A stretch of DNA of 64,000 nt from Heteronotia binoei (Eukaryota). Positions 1 through 11,500 of the stretch are shown here, piece by piece. Positions within the stretch are counted from its first letter, which is position 1; each line of letters starts with the position of its first letter. The notes under the pieces were generated by a model. That model did no database searches, was not told where the DNA came from, and was given only the letters and a program-made list of their open reading frames with translations. A program made the position numbers and the translations under genes. The DNA lies in contig NC_083227.1 of the NCBI RefSeq assembly GCF_032191835.1, positions 33,108,001-33,172,000 of the forward strand, read 5' to 3'.

Positions 1-1411
1 TCGCTCTGAGCACCTATGGGGGAATGGGCGGAATATAAACAAATAAACAATAATTATATTGGTTATACAACATGCAGCTAAGACACCCGGGAAGAACCAC
101 AACTGGGCCGTCTACCAAACATGTCCCAGAGCCACACAACTTATCCTGTTGAGCCAGCAACAGTACAGAAAGCAAGGAGGATCTGGAACGTGGTATTCAG
201 TCTCCACTCTGGCTTCATAATCTGCACTCTGCACTCTGGCTTTAGAAAACTCTGGGTTGTTGGTTCCATCTTCAGTGTGAACATTTTGCTAGCAGACCAA
301 AAATACAACTGTGTGACAACTGAATAAAAACACTAATGCAATTCTGTATTGTGTCAAAATTTATACTGTCTCTGAATCCTTTATCATGCGTACAATCTTT
401 ATCACTCTTATAAAGTTGTCAGGTCTATGGCTGTCTTTAATTATAACAACTCTCAATTTCCTCAGGATTAGTGTTTATTGTAAGACAAGACAGTACCACT
501 CACAAAGCCAGTGGTGGTATTAAGGCGGGATGCAAGTGAGTGAATATATAGAGAAGCAGTTAGCCGTTACATGCGCACCTATCTTTCTGGCGCAAGATAA
601 GTTTAAAACACTAAATTGTTACAAGATAGACATTCTCATAGCACAGTATACATTAGCAAAACATTTTAATAGATAGGGCTGACCTTGAAGGACACACAGT
701 GTTAGAGGGTCAAAATATTTTCATTTTCCCAGCAGCATAGCAGGTGTTTCAATACACAGCAGGAAGATGGTAAAGCATTAAAAATGGCAAGGGATTTTGA
801 CAAAAATCGCACAATCATACACTACAAAAGCACCACAGACATATGCCCACCCCTCAGCTGCTGAGGAACAATGTGCTGCGCTTTCAAGCCTCGGCGCTCT
901 CCAAGTTTGGAGAGTGCTGATACCTGAAAGCGCCGTTGTTTCTGGGAGCTGAGGGGCTCAGGAAAAATGGCCCCAGAGCACGATAATTTATGCAGTAGCT
1001 CACAACTTTAATGCCAGTAGCTCACAAAGTAGAATTTTTGCTCACAAGACTCTGCAGCTTAGAGGCAACATTGATTGCAAGCATCCCTCAGCTGCAGGCC
1101 TCATGCCAGGGATGGAAGTAAAGGGCTCATCCTGTGCAACAGCACCCTACATCATGCAGTGCTGGAGTTCAACTTGAAGGGGGCTTTTAACATAGGGACA
1201 CATTTATTTCTTAACATCCAGCTTAATAGGAAGTTCTGGAGTACTTGAAAGCTATTCAGGGGTGCATGCTGGTAATTAATAAAGTTACAGTTATGTATTG
1301 AATCCCTTATGTTATTGTATGTGTATGGTGTTTGGTGGGGTGGTGCACAGCGGCACACAATTCATGTGGCTCTTTTGGTTGATGAGGCCCTGTGTGAGCT
1401 GTACATACAAT

Positions 1412-1683
1412 AGAAGAAGAAAATATTAGATTTATATCCCTCCCTCCTCTCCGAATCTCAGAGTGGCTCATAATCTCCTTTATCTTCCTCCCCCACAACA
1501 GACATCCTGTAAGGTGGGTGGGGCTGAGAGGACTCTCACAGCAGCTGCCTTTTCAAGGTCAGCTCTGTGAGAGCTATGGCTGATCCAAGGCCATTCCAGC
1601 AGCTGCAAGTGGAGGAGTGGGGAATCAAACCCGGTTCTCCCAGATAAGAGTCCACATGCTTAACCACTACACCAAACCGGCTC
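1412..1683 (-). mobile_element. tRNA-derived SINE with L2-type tail (squamate Squam2/SINE2-like); paralog 61201-61472
   Basis: Reverse strand begins ..GTTTGGTGTAGTGGTTAAG (A box) and GGGTTTGATTCCCC (B box); TATATCCC.CCCT tail with (AAG)n. Confidence 0.8.
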
Positions 1684-2159
1684 CACAGGAAACCACAATG
1701 TACAGATAATAATAAACCAACAAAACACTGTGTATAAATCATCTCAAATAATTATGCTAAGCCCATCCATATACTTTATCTTTCATCGACTTTTATGCAG
1801 TGTAATTCATAACATTTCAATCAAACTGATAGTCGATAGATCCACTTTAAAGAGAAATCCAATCTAGGATGCTTGAAATCAAAACCAGGTACTGATTTCT
1901 CCTGCTGTTCTCATGTATTCGGAACCCAAGTAGGTCCATTAGTCTCTGTGGGTGAGCCTAAATCAGCTCCTCGCTTAGAAAGGAGGGGGCTGGGGTAATC
2001 AGTGAGCCTTCAGGGCAAATGCTCTGACCATGGCACTGCATCAATAGTAGTCAGATCTATATCTATCCCCATACCAAAGATCACATCCAGTGTGTGACCT
2101 GTTTGATGTGTGGGACCTGATGTAATTTGGGAAAGTCCTCTTTATAGTACTAGTTAGAT

Positions 2160-2450
2160 CAGGGGTGTCAAACTCTTGTTATTAGGGCCGGATCTGACAT
2201 AAATGAGACCTTGTCAGGTCAGGCCATGTTGGGCCGGGCCGTGTGTGTTCCTATTTAAGATTAGGTAGCAGAGATAGAAACTTTATAAAGGACACAAAGT
2301 TAAATAAAACAACAAACCCAACTTAAAACATGCTGAAAACATTAGCACTTGCTGGTTCTAAAGGTGCTTTCTTTGTATTTTTCTGATGGGATCCAGGGAT
2401 CTGGGCAAAGGAAACTCTGTCTCTTTCCTTCCTTCCTCAGGGGACTAGAA
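2160..2450 (+). mobile_element. Left end of a hAT-like element (paralogs from 30758 and 61949)
   Basis: CAGGGGTGTCAAACTC start with GGGCCG subterminal motifs; right TIR not found. Confidence 0.6.
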
Positions 2451-2827
2451 GGGTGAGGAGCCTCAGCCAACAGAAGGAAGAGGCTTGGCTCAGTAGGTAA
2501 AAAAGATTCTATGACAGCTAGCCTTCCTGTCTCCCCTTGGAAGAGCAATGATATTGGGGAGGGGGAATTGATGCAGCATTCAGCTTGCAAGCATGTATAT
2601 GTGGTAGGTGAATAAAATGTATTGTACTTGACTGTAGAGGAACAGCCTTGCTAAAATGCCAGTCTTGTCCTCTGAGGTGTCTGAGCATCAGAGGGTGTTT
2701 CCCTCCTCTGCTGACAAAAGAGCCATTCTCCTGGCTTTCCCAGCCTTCTCTCCCACTGGCAATACTTGGTCTCTATAGGAATTGCAGACTGAGAGGACCA
2801 AGTTGCCAGTTCCCTGCTTAGCATTGT

Positions 2828-3020
2828 CAGTCCTAAGGGAGATCAATCCTGACTGTTCCCTGGAAGGCCAGATGCTGAAGCTCAAATACTTTGTCCACCA
2901 AATGAGAAGGGAGCACTCACTGGAGAAGATCCTGATGCTGGGAATGACAGAAGGCAAAAGAAGGGGGCGGCAAAAGATGAGATGGCTGGACAGCGTTACT
3001 GATATAACTAACATGATATA
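2828..3020 (+). mobile_element. RTE/BovB-like LINE 3' fragment (paralog ~62611-62800)
   Basis: EINPDCSLEGQMLKLKYF..MRREHSLEKILMLG..EGKRRGRQKMRWLD, a typical BovB ORF end; followed by an L2 tail at ~3036-3085. Confidence 0.85.
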
Positions 3021-3339
3021 ACTAACATGAGTATGCCACCTGGTGGGAAGGGCGGGATATAAATCTCAAATAAAAAAAATATAAAAATGAACAGACCAAA
3101 TGTAATCAAAGGATATTCATTAAAGTGTGCAAGAATATTTCAAAAGAATATTAGCAATAAGAGCTAAAACAACAACAAAAAAGACCAAACAGTTAAAATA
3201 CTAGCTGCACATTAGGTCATTAATTCATACTTACCAGATGTTACAGTTCTGGGTTGGTCAGGCAGCTCTTGGCCAGGCAAGAGCCTGGTCCATCTTGAGG
3301 TTAGCTCATTATACCTCCTTGATAGCTGGGGCTACCTTG

Positions 3340-3570
3340 GTTACATTGCAGTACGATCTCTCCAGGCTAGGAGTGGCTGTCAGATTCTGGGAAGGGGGGA
3401 GAGATGCTACGCCAGAGGGTGCAGATGCCCACTTGAATAGTGGAACAAGAACAGACAATGACGCTGGCTGAGCTCTTTCCCAGCCATCTTTTCATCCTGC
3501 TACCAGGCTTTGAGGCCACACTGTGAGGCCACCACAGTGACAGTTTTGGCCAACACAGAAGAGACAGTAA
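3340..3570 (-). pseudogene. Orphan V2R exon-6 (7TM) fragment, with frameshift and stop
   Basis: [58 protein letters not shown], homologous to the middle of exon 6. Confidence 0.88.
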
Positions 3571-3807
3571 CATGTTTTGGGGCCTTCGAAGCCCCCACTG
3601 CCCCATTGGTCTGCTTGGAGAAGACATTTGTCTTTTTAAGTCACTTCTTCAAGCCAAGCCAGCCTGCAGCTTGGAGAACGCATTTAAAGTTGCTTTTATT
3701 CCACCTCTACCTCCCTCCTCTCTCCCCATCTATTTTCCTCCCTCCCTCCCTCTGAACTGTTGGCAGGACAATGTTGGGTAGTTTAGTGCTGGAAAGTGTG
3801 CAGAATC

Positions 3808-3965
3808 ACAGAGCCAGCGCATTGCAATGGTTAAAGTGTCAGCCTAGCATGTTGGAAACCCAGATTCAAATCTCCACTCTGCTATGGAAGCTTTCTGGGT
3901 GACTTTGGGCCAGTCGCACACTCTCACCATAAAGTATCTCTCAGGGCTGTTCTGAGAATAAAACT
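3808..3965 (+). mobile_element. Older MIR-like tRNA SINE (paralog ~32857-33010)
   Basis: AATGGTTAAAGTGTC..GGAAACCCAGATTCAAATCTCCACTC..GGGTGACTTTGGGCCAGTC. Confidence 0.7.
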
Positions 3966-4268
3966 TGTTATGTGTAAGGTTTAAGTATGGGTTTCCTGCC
4001 TGGCTCATTGGAGCCATGACAGCAGAGCTTGGGGACTGGGAACAATGGGCAGTAGGATCCAAATACCTGCTGCCCTACATCAGTCATAGCCCCCCTGCCT
4101 GTTTGAATGACCCAATAACGTGCCGGCACGGGAACAAGTAGTTGTATATAGGTTTGGTCCCTCGATTCATTTCTCAGTCTTGTTGGGAGCAGCCTTTGCC
4201 ATGCTGCCTCTAATAAAGTGCTGTTATCACTGTTGCCTCGTCTCCTCGATGCTTTGAATCCACTATAT

Positions 4269-4611
4269 CAGGGGTCCTCAAACTTTTTAAATAGGGGGCC
4301 AGTTCACTGTCCCTCAGACTGTTGGAGGGCCGGACTGCCGTTTCTGTACAAGGCCCCGGGCCGTCAGTTCTCCGTTTTCTGCATCTCTCTCCCTTCCCCA
4401 CACCACACACCCCAGCCTGGGAACTCGCCTCACCTCGGTATCACCTCACACTCTGTCTCCGACGCCTCAGCCCAGTGCCGGAAGTGTGCATTGCTAACGC
4501 GAGTTTAGGTCGAACGTCACTTCCGGTCTGATTTTGCCATAACCTGGCGGGCCGCATAAACGTCCTCAGCGGGCCGCATCTGGCCCGTGGGCCGTAGTTT
4601 GAGGACCCCTG
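4269..4611. mobile_element. Complete non-autonomous hAT (Charlie-group) MITE
   Basis: Perfect 16-bp TIR CAGGGGTCCTCAAACT / AGTTTGAGGACCCCTG; perfect 8-bp TSD CACTATAT (4261-68, 4612-19). Confidence 0.95.
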
Positions 4612-6775
4612 CACTATATTATAAAAACAGAACAAATGGAAACTGCTTTGGTCCCCCACTGGGGAGAAAAGCGGGACATAAATAAACTCATAAAATCTAT
4701 AGTTAAAGTCATCTGGGGGCCGGGGCTCTTAAAGCTTCGGGAATGCTTATGTTATCTTGAGCGTGTTATTCTAGCTCTGCAATGAGTCCAGCAGGGATCA
4801 ACCTCCCCGCCACCATTTTAACAGGCCCTTCTCTTTCAGCCTCGCATCCCTGACAAGGTTGTGTGGCCGCAAGGGAACGAGATGGGCGGAAAGGGCGGGC
4901 TAAGCCCGCACTACAGGAAAGGGGGAGGGCACGGAGGGAAGTTTGGAAGCAGAGAATGCTAGAGTTGCGAAGCCAGAGCTGGGGCAGGAGCTGAGTGCGG
5001 AGTGTAAAGGACCCTTCCCAATGGAAGCGAGCAAATAGTTCTTCAGGAGCAGAAGGAGCTTTAGCCAGCCAGGGGGAAGCTCAACAGGCGGAAAGGGAAG
5101 CCCATCGTAAGACGAGGAAAGCTCTGCTAGAAGCCCTGCGTGAAGAAACCAGGAATTCTGAGCGGCTGCTGGCAGCATCTGAGGACGTGATGAAAACTCT
5201 TCGTGAAAGTTATGAGCTGTTCCAGGAACAGCTGTCCAGCAAAAGACCCCCACCCCCACCGTGTCCTCCATTGGAGAGTCAGTGGTCCACAGCAACCTCG
5301 CAGATGCTGAAAGCAAACCACCCTCGAAAGCTCCCTGCCTAAAAGGAACATCCCTCAAGCATGTGTCTTTTCCCTCCAGCTCCAAAGTCCCCAAGAGAAG
5401 GGTGCGCCTGGCACGTCATCGGAGGTGTAATAAAGCATTGTAGTGGGTTTGGATTAAGGTTTACTGATGGGGCAAATGCTTCTTTTTTGAATATCTAGGG
5501 CTGGTGCATTTGTATGTTGAGACATTGTTTACATTCCAGAGAACCGTTTTCGTCTTATTATTTGGATAGTTTTCTGCAAAACCATTCCTCCTCTCCCCCC
5601 TCCCCCATTGTATGACAGTGATAATTGCCGATAGTTGTTCAAGCTCTTGGGGGGGGGGGATCTTGCCTTGTGGTCATCCTCTGTGTTTGTAGTTTAATAA
5701 AGTGTTTTTCAGGAGAGCCTGCTGCATGTTGTCGGTTGAGTGCTCTTTTCTTGCAATACGTTTTTGCAATTCTTTAATCACATAGACCTTGATATATCCT
5801 CTTGAGCATTGTTCCCCCACCCCAGGGCACAGATACTGCATTGAAGTAACTTTCTAAACTACCAGTGTTGGGTGGGAGAATCATATGAGCAGCTTTGGGC
5901 AGAGAGTTGCTGAAGGCTTGGTGACTCTCAACCTGGGTTGTTCCCTGTTATCTTTCTTCTTTTCTTTCAGACTCTTAAAACAGCTTGTGCCCTCAGCATA
6001 AACCCCCCTCGTTTTGTTTCTTGGCTTCCGCATGCCTAATTGATAGCTTCCCTGGCAATCCCAGAAGTCCAGTAGTTTCTTAAAGACAAACGTTTATTTC
6101 ACTTGAGCTTTTGTGACCTGTGATGCAGGACAGCTCACACTGAAATCACTGTTGTTAGTCTTTGAGGAGCCATCAAACCCATGTTGTACTTTGCTAGGAT
6201 AGACCAACAGGGCTTCCGTGCCACTACTGTTTCTTGTGAGACGGAAGAAGGCTATTTTTGGGGCAGTTGGAAAGTTTTGTTACTCTGAAACTACTCTGAA
6301 AGTTTTTATATTGGAGTGAGGGAGAGAATGAAGGAAATAACAGTGGTCTAACCTCAGTTCTTTGAAATTATAGTAAAATCTAGCCTCCTTTGCAACCGGC
6401 TGAGAAAAATAGGAGGGAGTTCATTGTCAGAAACGTCAAAGTTCAGTGGTCATAGTGGATTTTTTCCCCGAGGCGGGGAGCTCCAAACTGTGTGAGTGTG
6501 CATGTGCACAAGGGGCCCTGTAGGTGGTGGAGGAGAAGGAATACCAACGGAGGAGGAAGGATTATCCATACACCTGTTGCAGAGTTGACTCTGTTGACAT
6601 ACACCACTTTTTGTTTAGCAACCGCTGCTGCAAAGTGACAGCTCAAACTGGTCCAATGCCTCAGAATGGGCAAAACTGAACACTTGATTGCCAACGGAAA
6701 AGTCAGTTTTGTAAAGCTGTGAGACGCTGACACTGATCAGTACTTGGAGGAGAAACCACCAAGGAAGTCCGGGTT

Positions 6776-7195
6776 AAGAACATAAGAGAAGCCATATTGG
6801 ATCAGGCCAATGGTCCACCAGTCCAATGTTGTGTCACACAGTGGCCAAAAACCCAGGTGCCATCAGAGGTCCATCAGTGGGACCAGGACACTAGGAGTCC
6901 TTCCACTGTTGCCCCTCCCAAGCACCAAGAATACAGAGCATCACTGCCCCAGACAGAGTTCCATCAATACCCCGTGGCTAATAGACACTGATGGACCTCT
7001 GCTCCATATGTTGATCCAATCCCCTCTTGAAGCTGCCTGTGCTTGTAGCCGCTACCATCTCCTGTGGCAGTGAATTCCATGTGTTAATCTCCCTTTGGGT
7101 GAAGAAGTACTTCCTTTTATCCGTTCTAATCCAGCTGCTCAGCAATTTCATTGAGTGTCCACAAGCTCTTGCATTGCAAGAAAGGGAGAAAAGTA
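6776..7195 (-). mobile_element. CR1 3' fragment (paralog 35480-35901)
   Basis: RTDKRKYFFTQR.INTWNSLP; AAGAACATAAGAGAAGCC terminus. Confidence 0.9.
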
Positions 7196-7668
7196 ATGAC
7201 CAAGGGCCATTGCAATATAACAAAAAGTATGTGAGTTGCACAGCAGGACTCACAAGCTATTAATGAATTGTGAACGCTCACTGAACACCCTACCTATTTT
7301 CTCCAATGTCAAAGCAGTACTGGGTCTAAGAATAAGATGACCTGGCAAAATTATATACTCCTAGTTCAATGATACTAACAAGAACAAACAAAAATGTACA
7401 ATGCTAATGCTTTGTACAAGCTCATTAATTAATATGGCCGGTTCAAACGAACAAACAAAAAAAGAAAATGGAACAGCATTTGTTTTTTCTGCAATGCAGT
7501 TTCCTCTCACTAGCACTCAGTGTGTATCTATATGTCTTATTATAGATATGGATATTTAATCTAATAGCAGTTTTGGGAAGTAAATTACCCCAGATAGTAC
7601 AATGGATCTTTAATAGCATGGAGACAGATTGCCAACAAGTTCAAAGAATGCACTGAATGTACTCAAAA

Positions 7669-8579
7669 TCAGAAACCATCTTTTTGTTTCACCATTAGTT
7701 GTTCCTTTGTATTCAGATGAGGCCTCAGTAGAATAATGTAGCATTTGGGAAGAAAGATGCAGCCCAGTAAGCCTAAGCTGGAGGCCAAGATAGAGAAGAC
7801 CTGCACAGCAACCATGTATTTCCCCTTAGTGCTCAGGTAGGTGGGCACAAAGGACACCCAAACACTGCAGAACACCAACATGCTGAAGGTGATCAGCTTG
7901 GCTTCATTGAATGACCCAGGCAGCTTTCTAGCTAGGAAGGCTACAGTAAAGCAGATAGCGGCCAGAAAGCCCATGTAGCCAAGGGCAGCATAAAACATGG
8001 CCACAGACCCTTCATTACATTGCAGTACGATCTGTCCTGACTGGGAGTGTATGTCAGACTCTAGGAAGGGGGGAGAGATGCCCAGCCAGAGAGTGCAGAT
8101 GCCCACTTGAATACTGGAACAGGAACAGACAATGAAGTTGGCCAAGCTCTTTCCCAGCCATTTTCTCATCCTGCTCCCAGGCTTTGAAGCCATGAAGGCC
8201 ACCACCACAGTGACAGTTTTGGCCAACACAGAAGAGACAGCAAAGGAGAAGATAGTGCTGAAGGCAGTTTGTCGGAGAAGGCAGGTCACCTTCTGGGGCT
8301 GACCAATGAAGAGAAAAGAGGAAAAGAAAGAAAGCAGGAGGGAGATGAGGAGAACATAAGAGAGGCTGCAATTGTTGGCTTTGACCAGTGGCGTTTCTAA
8401 GTATTTGATAAAGATTCCCAAGACAAAACATGTGATGAGGATGAAGGAAAGAGTAAGTACATTTAGGATGATCCCCAAAGGTTCTTCATAGGACAGGAAG
8501 GTGATATGCTTGGGAATACATTGGTCTTGGACCATGTTTGGCTGATGATCTTGTGGACACTTATCACAATGACTTGCAT
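7669..8579 (-). CDS. Vmn2r: V2R copy 1 exon 6 (7TM domain and C-tail)
   Basis: CTTTCAG|AT; CDKCP...QCIPK...FLSYEEPLG...VKANN...[49 protein letters not shown]...[12 protein letters not shown]; TGA at 7669. Confidence 0.96.
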
Positions 8580-11500
8580 CTGAAAGGACATATTAAGTTT
8601 AATATCACCACAGCTACTTTACTTCCATGATAATCTTTGTTCTGTCACATTAATTGAAAATACATCCTTAGAGGCATGTACTTCCATGCCAGAAAAGCTG
8701 GACAAGAAGAGGAGGAGGGAGAAGTCAGGAACTAAGAATGACTAATGGGTTGGAGATGGGAAACTTCCAGAGTCAGACTGTATGCCTTCATTGATGAACA
8801 TCCTGGGTTTAATCTTTAGCGATGCAAGCCAAAGTGATTTCAGATACTAGTGCTGATATAGCCCTCAAACTCTGGACAATGAATACCAATCAAAGTAAGG
8901 GCAGTGCAGGCAAAATGGTGCAAAAAATCTAACTTGGCATAAGGCATGTTGTACATAGTCTTGATTGCTGTAGAGTGACTGGTATAAGCCAATTTGGACA
9001 AAGTGAATCTGGGATGGAAGCATTATTTTTGCCCCCTCTCCTCCCTCCAACCGGGGCCCTGTAGTCTGACCTACCTTCCTGAGTGGAGATTGTGCCTTCC
9101 CCACAGGGAGAACAGTTGTAGCAGCAAATTGGTTTTCCTTCCTTGATTACTTTAGTGTACCCAGGAAGGCAGATCTCAGTGCACCTAGAATGAGGCAGTG
9201 TCTAAGCATAAAGACAAGAAATACCAAGCGAAATGTGTTAGGGGCTTTGTTTTGTGTGTTCATTACCTTTATCTATAGAAACCAAGGCTTTTTTTTTTTA
9301 GCAGCAACTCACAGGAATGCAATTCCAGTTGGCTTGTCAGGGGGTGCGGCCTAATATGCAGATGAGTTCCTGCAGGGCTTTTTCAACAAAAAAGCCCTGT
9401 GCGAAACAATGATGATGTCAGAGGGTGTGGCCTAGTATGCAAATCAGTTCCTGCTGGGCTTTTTCCTACAAAAAAACCCCTGAAGAGACCTGTTGTTCGA
9501 GTGCCAGCAGGCACCATTTTGTCTTCGGCAGACGAGCCTAGGCCAGAATCAGGCTGCTGATCTTTAGGTGAAATATAGGTTCTAACAGTCTTAGGATCCG
9601 TTCTGTGTGTGCTAGATATATTAGTAGATTGTTTGCCCATAATATTTAGATGCTGAGTGCCAAAAAAAGCGATTAAAAAGGATTACTGGGGAGGGTGAGA
9701 TGGGAGCCGATCTAACACAAAGCCTCCATCAACACCATCACATATCGCCCCACAAAGAGACCTGTTGTCGAAGCCACCAGAGTCTCCTTTGTGCTGCTTA
9801 CTCAGCATGACTGAAAGATGACGTGATAGGTAAGCTTACCTCCATCCATCACACCTTAGAGTATACGTTTGGAACCTGAATACCAGGACTCACAGAACAA
9901 TGGGAAGAAAACCAGTCTGGTGAAAAATATATCTAAAAACCTTTCAGTTTTTTCTAGCTCACTGTCATACCAATATTTCCTTGATAGAGAACAGAATGGA
10001 GGAGTATAAGAAGCTTATGAGGACCAGATGGTACATGACTTGCATAGGCAGATAGGCAGTTCAAGATTCCAGTCCAACTCTTTTGGGAGCCAGGTTCAAA
10101 TGTCCCAGCCTTAACTGCTATATATGGGAGCTCCTTAGGCCACTCAAGAATTTTGAATCCAACACTAAAGGGACATTAAACAGCTACCCTTTTACAGCTA
10201 AGCCAGTCTGACATAGGAACGGTTTGGATAGAAAACCTGCACAGGCGTTAAATTCAGTAACGTCCAAGATCATGACTTTCCATATCTAACACTATTTGAT
10301 TCTCTTGGTGATATTGAGAAAGATGATAATTAAGACAAGGGACTCCACAGAAGCTTTCATTACTCATGGCTCATGTTTGGGGCTCTTGGATGTGACTATC
10401 AGAAAGTGTTCCTTTGGGATCTGGATTTGGGGGTTGTTGCCTATAACCCTGACTAGGCCCTTAGACCATCATTAGCATCATAAGAACATAAGAGAAGCCA
10501 TGTTGGATCAGGCCAATGGCCCATCCGGGCAACACTCTGTGNNNNNNNNNNNNNNNNNNNNNNNNNNNNNNNNNNNNNNNNNNNNNNNNNNNNNNNNNNN
10601 NNNNNNNNNNNNNNNNNNNNNNNNNNNNNNNNNNNNNNNNNNNNNNNNNNNNNNNNNNNNNNNNNNNNNNNNNNNNNNNNNNNNNNNNNNNNNNNNNNNN
10701 NNNNNNNNNNNNNNNNNNCTGATGGACTTCTGCTCCATATTTTTTATCTAAGCCCCTCTTGAAGCTGTCTATGCTTGTAGCCACCACCACCTCCTGTTGC
10801 AGTGAATTCCACATGTTAATCACCCTTTGGGTATAGCAGTACTTCCTTTTATCCGTTTTATTGTGAGAAAGGGACAAAAGTACTTCTTTCTCTACTTTCT
10901 CCATCCCATGCATTATCTTGTAAACCTCTATCATGTTACCCCGCAGTTGATGTTTCTGCAAGCTAAAGAGCCCCAAGCGTTTTAACCTTTCTTCATAGGG
11001 AAAGTGTTCTGACCCTTTAATCATTCTAGTTGCCCTTTTCTGGACTTTTTCCAATGCTATAATATCCTTTTTGAGGTGCGGGGACCAGAATTGCACACAG
11101 TACTCCAAATGAGACCGCACCATAGATTTATACAGGGGCATTATGATACTGGCTGATTTGTTTTCAATTCCCTTCCTAATAATTCCCAGCATGGCGTTGG
11201 CCTTTTCTATTGCAGTCGCACACTGTCTTGACATTTTCAGTGAGTTATCTACCACAACCCCAAGATCTCTCTCTTGGTCAGTCTCTGCCAGTTCACACCC
11301 CATCAACTTGTATTTGTAGCTGGAATTCTTGGCCCCAATGTGCATTACTTTGCGCTTGGCCACATTGAACATCATCTGCCACGTTGACTCCCACTCATCC
11401 AGCCTCAATAGATCCCTTTGGAGTGCCTCACAATCCTCTCTGGTTCTCATCACCCTGAACAATTTAGTGGCATCTGCAAACTTGGCCACTTCACTTCTCA

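Noticed and set aside
8054-8431. Overlapping 125-aa ORF within exon 6 (also 36774-37151)
   Set aside because: Alternative-frame shadow of the 7TM exon, conserved only because the DNA is duplicated.
9284-9481. Short repeated units as a CRISPR-like array
   Set aside because: Two to three near-identical MITE subrepeats with no unique spacers and no cas genes.
10500-10751. ORFs containing X runs (also 51593-52117)
   Set aside because: Artefacts of N gaps. Only the post-gap part of 51593-52117 is meaningful (gag CA).
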